A DNA stretch of 64,000 nucleotides from Acidobacteriota bacterium. Lineage in GTDB: Bacteria; Acidobacteriota; Vicinamibacteria; Marinacidobacterales; Marinacidobacteraceae. The stretch spans positions 11,643 through 75,642 of the forward strand of contig JAJDUD010000008.1 in the NCBI GenBank assembly GCA_022826825.1, given 5' to 3'. Under the pieces are notes generated by a model that saw only the letters and a program-made list of their open reading frames with translations, was not told the DNA's origin and made no database searches. The translations under genes were made by a program, and so were the position numbers. Each line of letters starts with the position of its first letter. The first letter of the stretch is position 1. Positions 28,964 through 37,340 of the stretch are shown here, piece after piece.

Positions 28964-30214
28964 TCAGGATAAGAGCAACAGGCGGTCCCACTTCGGCTCG
29001 ATGTCCGTCGTCCCGGTCAGTAGTGCTAGCCCAACGCCCGCCGAGCCAGTGAGAAACGACCCATCATCTACCCAGCCTTGGCGATTCCCGCCTACATCAC
29101 CCCACATGCGGTAACCACCCACTCCCTGGTTTGGTCGCCACCAGTTCAGGGTCGCATCAACCCAACCCCTTGCCGCGTTTGCGAACTCCGGTTCATTGTC
29201 AGTGCGTGCAAGTCGATAGAAGATCTGGGCGTTTCCCGCCGCCCCATGGCAGAGTCCGGCGTCTCGAATCCAGGCCTCGCCGGGTCGGACGCGAGCGCAG
29301 GCAAGAGCCAAGGTCCGCGCCCACTCCACGCCCTCCTGATCCCCAATTGCTTTCGCCGCCTCGAATGCCACCGCTGACGCACCAAGTGGGCCGTAGCACC
29401 ATGCCATTCGGCGACTGACCTCGGGTTCAACGCCCGGCGCAATCCATGATGGCAACGACGCTTCGGTTGGGTCTGACTTGATTGCCCTGAGCCATCGCAA
29501 ACTATCCCGAAGCAAGGGCTCGGCTCGATCCGGCTCGACCCCGAAGGAACATAGCTTCCCCAGAAGCCCACACACCCCTGGCACGCCGTGTGCTACACCC
29601 AAGTTGTAGTAGCCAGCGGGTGCCAGTTTGCGCTGCCAAGCGGGCAGAAAGTCCGCCACCGTGAACCATGTCGTCCCTTCCTTAGTCTCGACCGCCATGC
29701 GCTCAAGCGCCTCAAGAACCAAGCCAAGGCCGCGGACTGCGGAGTCGCGAGGTAGTCGTTCTACGAAATAGACGCCGACACCAACCACGCCGCTGATCAG
29801 GTCGTAGACCCGCTGGTCCGACTGCCGTGCCAAGGCTTCTGCCGCTAACCGGTCCACATGGGTTCCCACGGCATCATCCTCAGCGTCCAAATGAGTCGTA
29901 AGCCAGCCTGGACCCGCCCAGCCACCGTACAGACCCAACTGGGTGGACCTTTGGATTCGATCAAGGTCCGCATCAATCAGCGTTGAGCATGCGTTGGAGT
30001 CATCTTGAAACACCTCCGCCATGTCGGCGTAGGCATGGAAGAGAGCGGCAAGCCCACCGGGGCGACGACGGAATCCGAAGGGTACATTGGATTCTGGTTC
30101 GACCGGTCGCCGCGCCATATTGACAAGCGCTTCCCCTATACCTTTCACAATCAACCTTGCGTTTGCTTTCGATCCAGTGGGCGAGAACGTCTCGCCGGTA
30201 GGCCGTTGGGTCAT
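28964..30214 (-). CDS. lanC: lanthionine cyclase LanC
   Basis: 416 aa carrying the three LanC zinc-ligand motifs GVAHGVPG, WCYGPLG and GLCHGAAGN. Confidence 0.85.
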   Translation of the reverse strand: MTQRPTGETFSPTGSKANARLIVKGIGEALVNMARRPVEPESNVPFGFRRRPGGLAALFHAYADMAEVFQDDSNACSTLIDADLDRIQRSTQLGLYGGWAGPGWLTTHLDAEDDAVGTHVDRLAAEALARQSDQRVYDLISGVVGVGVYFVERLPRDSAVRGLGLVLEALERMAVETKEGTTWFTVADFLPAWQRKLAPAGYYNLGVAHGVPGVCGLLGKLCSFGVEPDRAEPLLRDSLRWLRAIKSDPTEASLPSWIAPGVEPEVSRRMAWCYGPLGASAVAFEAAKAIGDQEGVEWARTLALACARVRPGEAWIRDAGLCHGAAGNAQIFYRLARTDNEPEFANAARGWVDATLNWWRPNQGVGGYRMWGDVGGNRQGWVDDGSFLTGSAGVGLALLTGTTDIEPKWDRLLLLS

Positions 30215-30689
30215 GTTCTTTGACGGCTGTATTGTTCCCGTTAACCTGAAGGACCGGTTTGACTGGCCGCGCTCTCCGGCCGATCAGGCTCAGTCACACG
30301 GCACATCGAATACAAGGTTCAGCTACGCACACCAAGAGAGTCACGAGCGCAGGGTCGGCGACCGCTGCCGGGCCAGCTACGAGCGTAGAACAAACGTAAT
30401 CCCAGCGGTTTATCGGTGTCCGGAGCAAGAGTAGCGATTCAGCGAAGAACACGCACGGTCACTCCGGTTACCGGCGTACGTGTCACCTTAAGGGCGCGCA
30501 CAAGTTCATTCGCGCCTACTACCCGTAGGTAAGTGTGAGCGCACGTGGTGCTTTGCCCGTATCGCTTGTCTCCTCGTAGCCTGCCCGTGGCCTGTTGCTC
30601 TCGGATTCACCTCGTTGACCAGAACTGGATAGTCAAGCGAGCGCCGACAAGACATCAACGCGCTAAACAGCTCTGCCAGGAACCCCCGG

Positions 30690-31028
30690 TCAGCAACCTT
30701 GGTTGTTTTCCGAGTCGCAAAGACCACAGCCAGTGCCACACGAGTAACCGCATGTTGCATCGCATGTGGCATTGCACGACGCTTGACCACAGTTCGTGTC
30801 GCAGGTGGCGGTAGGGCAATCACAAGTACCCTGGCACGCCGAGACGTTGTCACAAGTATCCCCCACGACGGTCTGGGGCTCGACCCTACAGTCACCGATG
30901 CCATAGGTACATCGATCAGTATTTCGTGGTTGAGTTGGGAGGGGGTCATCGCCACCAGCGACACCGGCTAGCCGATCTTGGCTGAGCGATACGAGATTAC
31001 GTTTCTTCAGACGTAGTTTCTTCTTCAT
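30690..31028 (-). CDS. lanA: lanthipeptide precursor LanA: double-glycine leader plus an 86-aa Cys/Thr/Ser-rich core
   Basis: Internal ATG gives MKKKLRLKKRNLVSLSQDRLAGVAGG followed by DDPLPTQPRNTDRCTYGIGDCRV...CGTGCGLCDSENNQGC. The leader fits LSxx(E)LxxVxGG. The core has 15 Cys and 16 Ser/Thr, with recurring TCD/ATC units. Local GC is lower than the genome background. Confidence 0.7.
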   Translation of the reverse strand: MKKKLRLKKRNLVSLSQDRLAGVAGGDDPLPTQPRNTDRCTYGIGDCRVEPQTVVGDTCDNVSACQGTCDCPTATCDTNCGQASCNATCDATCGYSCGTGCGLCDSENNQGC

Positions 31029-31068
31029 GGTGCTGCACCTCAGGCAGCGTGGATGGTCGATTGGAGTG

Positions 31069-31113
31069 TCCCGGAAGGTGGGATCCGAGATGGACCACAC
31101 CTTCCGGGAAGGT
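31069..31113 (-). promoter_or_regulatory. inverted repeat (11-bp arms, 19-nt spacer) plus an overlapping direct copy, in the 100-bp gap upstream of lanA
   Basis: CCCGGAAGGTG...CACCTTCCGGGAAGGTG sits between the TonB-receptor stop (31132) and the lanA start (31028), with no T-run after it on the transcribed strand. Candidate operator or 5'-UTR structure. Confidence 0.35.
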
Positions 31114-31131
31114 GAACTAACAGCCCCGCGA

Positions 31132-34100
31132 TCAGAACGTGAACTTGGTCATGAACTGGAGCGTGCGGGGGAACCCGCTGCTGCACTGGATCTGACCGAA
31201 GTTGCTGTTCCCAACGACGGTGCGGGGGCCGCACCAGTTGGGCGAGTTGAAGAGGTTCAGCATCTCGAAGCGCAGGTTCAGGTTCACATCGCTGAAGATC
31301 GTCGTCGTCTTGTCGAGAGCGACATCCCAAGTGTGGAGCACTGGCGTGCGAACGGTGTCCGTGGTGTGCGGACCGGAGCCAAGCACGAAACCATCCGTCT
31401 GGGCGACATTGCCCGGGCTCAGGTAGTTCAGGTGGCTGCCAGACGGGTTGCCGCCGCCGGACACGCCGCCGCCGCTCGGGCGCTGGTGATCGAAGCCGTA
31501 CGCAGCGAGCGGATTAGAACTCTGCTTCAGAGTCAGCGGGAACCCGCTCCGCAGGATGGTCTGCGTGGAGAGCGACCAGCCGCTGAAGATGGGGTTGTCA
31601 CCTGGTATCCGGTAGTTGAGAGCGATGTTGAACTGGTGCGGAACGTGAATCCGGGATGGACCGTAATCGGCGTCCAACACCGAACACTTCCCGGTAGCAC
31701 AATCATCGGGAGTGTTGAAGATGGTGCTTTCCTCATCCGCGAGTCGGGTATTGCTCTCGTAAATGTTGTCGTTGTGGATCGCCATCGTGTAGTTGATCCG
31801 GGCGCCCCAACTGTCGCGGAACCGCTTTTCGAACTCGATCCGGGCCGAGTTGTACAGCGACTTGCCGGCGCTGACGTGGCGGGCCAGTACGTTCCGGAAG
31901 TGGGGGAACGGCCGGAGCAACTGCCCCAGCGGAAGCGTCTCGGCGCCCGCGAACGAACCGAACCGGGAGTCGCCGTAGAACGGGTTGGGATACTGATCGT
32001 TCAAACGGTCGCCAAGCGCCACGTACTGATCCGCGAGCTGGTTGATGTTGATCACCGAGTTGTTCGTGCCCCCGATCGGGAGGTCTGCGCCGGCACTGCC
32101 TACATAACCGACCTTGAACGCAAGGTCGCGGCCGATGTCGCGCTGGATGTCGAGCGACCACTTGTGGATGTAGGGGGAGGCCCGGTGTTGTTCGTTGAAA
32201 TAGACGTTGCCGCCGATGTTCTGGAACCGGCCTTTCGCGTTGCCGACCGGGTTGTCGATGCCGTTCGGGAACGGGTTCGCAACGGTGGCCTCCGGCGGGG
32301 TCCTTCCGTCGAGGCTGGTAGCGATTGAAGTCACCGCGGTATAGCCGAACGTCCCGACATCGGACGCGCCCACGCCGCTTGGAATCGCGTAGGGCGCCCA
32401 GAAGGTCGCATACCCGCCCCGAATCACTGTCTCCGGGTTCAACGTATAGGCAAAGCCGATCCGGGGACCGATCTTGATTCCAGGGGGGTCCCACTGGTGG
32501 GTTGGGGCGCCGTCGATTCCGGCATACATAAGGCCGCCGCGGAGCGGGAAGCCGGGGAGCGAGCCTTCGATGGCCGGATCGAGCCCAACCTGGATCGGGA
32601 ATGGGTTCGTGCGGTCCCAACCGACGGCGAAACCGTTGTCATCCTCCATCAGGCCGCTCTCGTGCTCAAGGCGAAGCCCCAGGTTCAACACCAGGTTTGC
32701 GCTGGGGCGCCAGTCGTCCTGGACGAAGACGCCGTAGTAGTTGATGAAGACGTCGGCGGGTTCCGCGACGGTCGCCTGTCCGCCGGACGGAATGCCCAGC
32801 AACATGTCGGCGAGCGCATTGCCGGAGGCCGCGTCCGGGGAATCCGGGTTGGGGCCGCGGGTGAAGCTTCGGTCGAAGCTCAACTGGAGCCCATTGTTGA
32901 AGCGGACCGAGTGGAGTCCCATGCGCCGGAACTGAACCCCGTACTTGACGGTGTGGTTCCCGAGGAACTGCGAGAAGGTGCCGTTGACCTCCCGCGAAGT
33001 CCATTGCACATCGGTGTTGGACCACGAACCGTGCGTCGACCCGCCGTCGCCATACTCCTCGATACTGACGCTCGGGAACTGGCCGTCATAGCCTTCCTGG
33101 CCATAGATGGAATTGATGAAGCCGCCCTGGAATCCCAGACCGCTGAACGCGCTCTGGTCGAACACCGGGTTCGAGTTCGAGTCGTTGAAGAAGGTCTGGC
33201 CGTAGCGGAGAGTCAGTACCGACGTGTCGCCGGTGATGAAGGTGTTGTTGAAGGCAACGGCGTGAACATCGCGCCCCAGCGAGGCGGCGCCGATGCCGTA
33301 GGCGGGGTGGGTCTCCGCGTTCAGAAGATCCTTGTAGTGGCCGAACGCCGGCTCCTCCGAGGTGTAGTAAAGGTAGGTCAGGGACGACTGCCAGGCCTCC
33401 GAGAAGGTATGGCTCAGGTTTCCGGTGAGTTGCCGGGCCTGCGTGCGCTGAATCCCGGAGGCTGCGATATCGCCGCCCGGACCCAGTTCGGTGAGGACCC
33501 TCGCCAACGAGGAACCCGCCGGATCGATCATGTGGGCCGGAATGACGTTGCCCGGGAAAGGACGCCGATTGCCGTTCGCGTCGAGATCGAACGGGTTGTA
33601 GATCGTGACTCCGCTCGCGGAGAAGTCGCCAGCAGCTTCAGCAGGAGTCGGCAGCGTGATCGTTACGTTCGAGGCCTGGTCGTCGTTGTAACCCTCGCCA
33701 GAAACCCAGAAGAACGTGCGGTCGCGGAAGATCGGGCCTCCGAATGACCCGCCGAGCAGGATGTAGGGGCGTTCGCTGATGTCCGAATCGGACAGCTTGC
33801 CAGCAGCCACATCCTGGGCTGTGTGGTAGTAGTACTCCCGCAGGAACTGACCGACCTTGCTGGGCCGGAATTGGTGAAGGGCGCTGCCCGCCCAGGCGTT
33901 GGTCCCGGTGCGGTGAATCACGTTGAAGACGCCGCCGCCGGTGCGGCCCATCTCGGCGTCGTAGGTGTTGATCTGGACCTTCATCTCCTGCACCGCCTCG
34001 AACACCGGGATGATGACCGTGCGGTTCCGGAGGTCGGTCGTGGAGACGCCGTCCACGGTGTAGTTGTTGCCGCGGAGCGGCCCACCACCGAGCGAGAGGA

Positions 34101-34644
34101 GGGAGGAGTTCGTCTGGTCGGACTGCTTCACCCAGAACGGGTCGCCGGTGTGGACCACGTTCGGCGTGCCCACCGACATGATGAACACGTTGCGGCCCGG
34201 GGTCGGCAGGACCTCGAGCTCCGCTCGGCTCACCGCCGAGGACACCGAGGCGGTCGCGGTCTCGATCAGCGGCGTCTCGCCGATGACCGTCACCGTTTCC
34301 TCGATGCCACCGATGGCAAGCGAGGCGTCCACCACCAGGAACGAGGCAACACCCACGAGAAGGCCCTCGCTCCGGAACGGGGCGAAGCCGCTCAGTTCAG
34401 CCTGGAGCGTGTAGGTGCCGGGCTGGACGTTGGCAAAGCTGTACTCGCCGACCGCATTCGAAACCGCGGTCCGCGAGACGCCGGTGTCCTCGTTTTCGAT
34501 GGTCACGGTGACGCCGGGAAGGACACCCCCGTCGGGGTCCTGAATCACGCCCCGGACGCCGCCCTGGAACGTCTGGGCGAAGGCGCCCGCAGTGAGTCCC
34601 AGGACGCCGAGCACCGCGGCGGTCCTAAACAAAAGCGATCTCAT
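31132..34644 (-). CDS. TonB-dependent outer-membrane receptor with an N-terminal carboxypeptidase-regulatory-like domain
   Basis: Internal ATG (MRSLLFRTAAVLGVLGLTAGAFAQ) gives a signal peptide. CarbopepD_reg-like Ig domain (GGVLPGVTVTIENEDTGVSRTAVSNAVGEYSF), a plug and a ~1000-aa barrel ending in ...TLQFMTKFTF, with a terminal aromatic residue. Confidence 0.75.
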   Translation of the reverse strand: MRSLLFRTAAVLGVLGLTAGAFAQTFQGGVRGVIQDPDGGVLPGVTVTIENEDTGVSRTAVSNAVGEYSFANVQPGTYTLQAELSGFAPFRSEGLLVGVASFLVVDASLAIGGIEETVTVIGETPLIETATASVSSAVSRAELEVLPTPGRNVFIMSVGTPNVVHTGDPFWVKQSDQTNSSLLSLGGGPLRGNNYTVDGVSTTDLRNRTVIIPVFEAVQEMKVQINTYDAEMGRTGGGVFNVIHRTGTNAWAGSALHQFRPSKVGQFLREYYYHTAQDVAAGKLSDSDISERPYILLGGSFGGPIFRDRTFFWVSGEGYNDDQASNVTITLPTPAEAAGDFSASGVTIYNPFDLDANGNRRPFPGNVIPAHMIDPAGSSLARVLTELGPGGDIAASGIQRTQARQLTGNLSHTFSEAWQSSLTYLYYTSEEPAFGHYKDLLNAETHPAYGIGAASLGRDVHAVAFNNTFITGDTSVLTLRYGQTFFNDSNSNPVFDQSAFSGLGFQGGFINSIYGQEGYDGQFPSVSIEEYGDGGSTHGSWSNTDVQWTSREVNGTFSQFLGNHTVKYGVQFRRMGLHSVRFNNGLQLSFDRSFTRGPNPDSPDAASGNALADMLLGIPSGGQATVAEPADVFINYYGVFVQDDWRPSANLVLNLGLRLEHESGLMEDDNGFAVGWDRTNPFPIQVGLDPAIEGSLPGFPLRGGLMYAGIDGAPTHQWDPPGIKIGPRIGFAYTLNPETVIRGGYATFWAPYAIPSGVGASDVGTFGYTAVTSIATSLDGRTPPEATVANPFPNGIDNPVGNAKGRFQNIGGNVYFNEQHRASPYIHKWSLDIQRDIGRDLAFKVGYVGSAGADLPIGGTNNSVININQLADQYVALGDRLNDQYPNPFYGDSRFGSFAGAETLPLGQLLRPFPHFRNVLARHVSAGKSLYNSARIEFEKRFRDSWGARINYTMAIHNDNIYESNTRLADEESTIFNTPDDCATGKCSVLDADYGPSRIHVPHQFNIALNYRIPGDNPIFSGWSLSTQTILRSGFPLTLKQSSNPLAAYGFDHQRPSGGGVSGGGNPSGSHLNYLSPGNVAQTDGFVLGSGPHTTDTVRTPVLHTWDVALDKTTTIFSDVNLNLRFEMLNLFNSPNWCGPRTVVGNSNFGQIQCSSGFPRTLQFMTKFTF

Positions 34645-35017
34645 GAGTCCCTCCTGAGTTCGTGTGAGTCCATGAGCTTGACGCCCGAGCGTGCGGGCGG
34701 TCCAGAACATTTGGTCTGCGAAGAGCCGAAACGACAAATCCACGCGATATGTCGCGGAACTTTAGGCGGTTCGGACCTGTTTCGCCAGTGCCACGGGTGG
34801 CAAAGGTCGGGCCGCCAACGCAACAACTGCCCCGATGCGTCACAAGTTCCTGTTTTTATTGACTCTTGCGCCCCTCCGCGGCGCCCCTCGGCCCGCGGGC
34901 GGCGGAGCGTGAGAATTCAAGAAATCGGACGGGATACGACGAATCAGATTCCTTCGGCCGCACTCGAAATATGACGGATGTCACAGACCGCGCGGTACGG
35001 ACCCGCGGCCTTCCCGG

Positions 35018-36178
35018 TCAGGCGCCGGCAAGCCTCGCCATCCGGCCGAAGAAATCGGCGTGGCCGGCCAGGATGCGCTCCTCCGCCTCCCGGTTCGGCT
35101 CGAGCGACCACTCCCCCCGCTCCCGGGTTCCTCCCAGCAGGATGCCGTCCGCGCGCGGCATCATGTAGAGCCCCTGGTAGAGCGCGATGTAGCGGATCTC
35201 GGGCTGCGGCAGCAGGACGGTCAACTGGCCCTTGAGCGGAACGAGTTCCTCGTCGCCGACCAGGGCGCGCGCGCCGATGCCGGTGCAGTTCACCACGCGG
35301 CGTTCCGCCAACCCGGCGATCTCGTCGAGGGAGCCGAAGTCGCGGATCCGGATCCGGCCGCCGGCGAGCTGGAAGTCCCGCATGACCGCGCCGAGATACA
35401 CCGGCGGCTCGATCATCATGGTCGTGTACTCGCGGGCGTGGCGCACCGGGAAGGGATGGGTCCCGGGCTCGAGATCGCGCGTCTCCGGAAAGAGGTCGGC
35501 GAGCCGGTCGGGCTGGCCCGGGCCTCCGAAGGCGACGTCGCTGAGCGGGTAGTTCGGGAGCCAGTACACGCCGTAGCGGACGCCCACCATCTCCTGGAAG
35601 ATCCGGTGGGAGATCCGGGCCGCCCGTTCCAGCCGGTCCTGGAACGCGTCGGTGTGCACGCGGGCGTCGGACACCGAGTAGGGGCCCCACTGGGCGCAGG
35701 CCACGTTCGAGGTGGTGTTCGGCGGGAGGTCCTTCGTATAGATGGTGACGTCCACGCCGCGCCGCTGGAGCAGGCGCGCGGTGGCGAGGCCGACGGCGCC
35801 GCAGCCGATCACCGCCGCCCGCGCCGGAGGCGGGCCGTCGCCGATGAGTTCCTCGACGGCCAGCCAGGCGCTGCCCCAGGAGAGGGTCACCCCGGCCCCG
35901 CCGTGGCCGTAGTTGTGAACGAGGATCCGGCCACCTCCCAGATCCTGGCTCTCGACCCGGAACCCGGACGGACGGAAGGGGCGGAGCCCGACCACCGTGC
36001 GGATGACCCGGTCCCGCGAGACGTTGACCGGCGGAAGCCGGAAGGAGGGCTTCGGAAGCGGATCGGGCGCCGTGCGGGCGGCCGGAACCGGCCGGCCGGC
36101 GCAGGCCGCCGCGGCGCCGGCGGCGAGGCCGGAAGCGAGCTTCACGCCGACGCCGAGAACGCGGCGGCGGGACGGCAC
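35018..36178 (-). CDS. Tat-exported FAD-dependent oxidoreductase, D-amino-acid oxidase-like
   Basis: A GTG start gives the Tat-like SRRRVLGVGVKLASGLAAG. Contains GHGGAGVTLSWGSA and the DAO-family dinucleotide-binding motif VIGCGAVG. The remainder of the track ORF is GC-frame junk. Confidence 0.55.
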   Translation of the reverse strand: MPSRRRVLGVGVKLASGLAAGAAAACAGRPVPAARTAPDPLPKPSFRLPPVNVSRDRVIRTVVGLRPFRPSGFRVESQDLGGGRILVHNYGHGGAGVTLSWGSAWLAVEELIGDGPPPARAAVIGCGAVGLATARLLQRRGVDVTIYTKDLPPNTTSNVACAQWGPYSVSDARVHTDAFQDRLERAARISHRIFQEMVGVRYGVYWLPNYPLSDVAFGGPGQPDRLADLFPETRDLEPGTHPFPVRHAREYTTMMIEPPVYLGAVMRDFQLAGGRIRIRDFGSLDEIAGLAERRVVNCTGIGARALVGDEELVPLKGQLTVLLPQPEIRYIALYQGLYMMPRADGILLGGTRERGEWSLEPNREAEERILAGHADFFGRMARLAGA

Positions 36179-36319
36179 GGGAGGCGGCCTGGCGGTCCCC
36201 GGAACGGTGAGCGGTAGCGGCGGCAACGGGTTTCCTATACTAGGCGAGGTACGGCTCGCCGGGCTCCCCGCCGGATGACCGGATCGGATGACGCGCCGGC
36301 CCGCCGGGAGGCGAACGAC

Positions 36320-37045
36320 ATGGATCGCAGACTCTTTCTGAAGGCCGCGGCCACGGTGAGCGGCGCCGGTATCGTGGGCGTGAACGACCGCGCCGAAGCG
36401 CTCGAGCACGAGATGATGCACCTGCTCGAGGCCCCCGAGCGTCCGCCGCTCGCGAAGTCCGAGGACGAGGAACCGCTCTCGGTCATGCCGGCGAAGCCGA
36501 CGCTCCTCGATTTCTTCGAGCACCGCTTCGCGCCGGCCTCCCACGTGCTGCAGAGCGCCACCCGGGCGATGAAGCACGGCATGAGCGAGGAGATCATCCT
36601 CGCCTGCCTGCTCCACGACCTCTCGGTGATGAACCTGGTGCGCGCCGACCACGGCTGGTGGGGCGCCCAGATGCTCGCGCCGTACGTGCCCGAGAAGGTC
36701 TCGTGGGCCATCCGCTACCACCAGGCGCTGCGCTTCTTCCCCGACCCGTCCGTCGGCTACGAGTACCCCGAGATGTACGTGCGGATGTTCGGCGCCGACC
36801 ACGAGCCGGAGCCCTACATCAAGGCCGCCTACGAGTACGCCCGGAACCACAAGTGGTACATGGAAGCGCGGTCCATCACCATGCACGACGACTACAGCTT
36901 CGAGCGAGGTGCCGAGGTCTCGATCGATCCGTTCGTGGACATCATCGGCCGGCACTTCAAGCAGCCGAAGGAGGGGCTCGGCTACGACAACAGCCCCACG
37001 GCGCACATGTGGCGGACGATGATCAACCCGCGGCGGAGGTTGTAG
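36320..37045 (+). CDS. Tat-signal HD-domain phosphohydrolase-like protein
   Basis: MDRRLFLKAAATVSGAGIVG twin-arginine signal. HD motif (LLHDLS) with additional His residues. Confidence 0.55.
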   Translation: MDRRLFLKAAATVSGAGIVGVNDRAEALEHEMMHLLEAPERPPLAKSEDEEPLSVMPAKPTLLDFFEHRFAPASHVLQSATRAMKHGMSEEIILACLLHDLSVMNLVRADHGWWGAQMLAPYVPEKVSWAIRYHQALRFFPDPSVGYEYPEMYVRMFGADHEPEPYIKAAYEYARNHKWYMEARSITMHDDYSFERGAEVSIDPFVDIIGRHFKQPKEGLGYDNSPTAHMWRTMINPRRRL

Positions 37046-37064
37046 GGGGAGCTCAAGGAGCGCA

Positions 37065-37284
37065 GGGAGCGCCGGTCTTCAGACCGGCATCGCCCGCACA
37101 GCGGGCGAAACTCCTGGGCTTCACTTCGCCGCATGGCGCCCCCGTCAAGGCGAGTGGCGCGACGACAACTGCGCGCGCCTACTTCGCTTTCGCCATCTTC
37201 GTTTCGAGTCCCCGCAATGTGGCGCGATGGCGCCGGGAGTTTCGCGGCCTACGGCCGCGATGCCAGTCTGAAGACTGGCGCTCC
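37065..37284. mobile_element. MITE-like palindromic element (about 220 bp) with two-hairpin terminal inverted repeats
   Basis: Left end GGAGCGCCGGTCTTCAGACCGGCATCGCCCGCACAGCGGGCGAAACTCC. Right end GTTTCGCGGCCTACGGCCGCGATGCCAGTCTGAAGACTGGCGCTCC. The ends are reverse complements and each holds two stem-loops. Inserted about 20 nt after a TAG stop. Confidence 0.65.
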
Positions 37285-37340
37285 TTGCTTGTCCTGCGCA
37301 GCACCGTCCCCGTTTGGGGTAGCGCGGTGACCCGGCGCGC

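Noticed and set aside
30506-30964. 152-aa minus-strand ORF overlapping lanA
   Set aside because: It is an alternate frame of the lanA locus with no motif support. The lanA frame carries the double-glycine leader and Cys-rich core.
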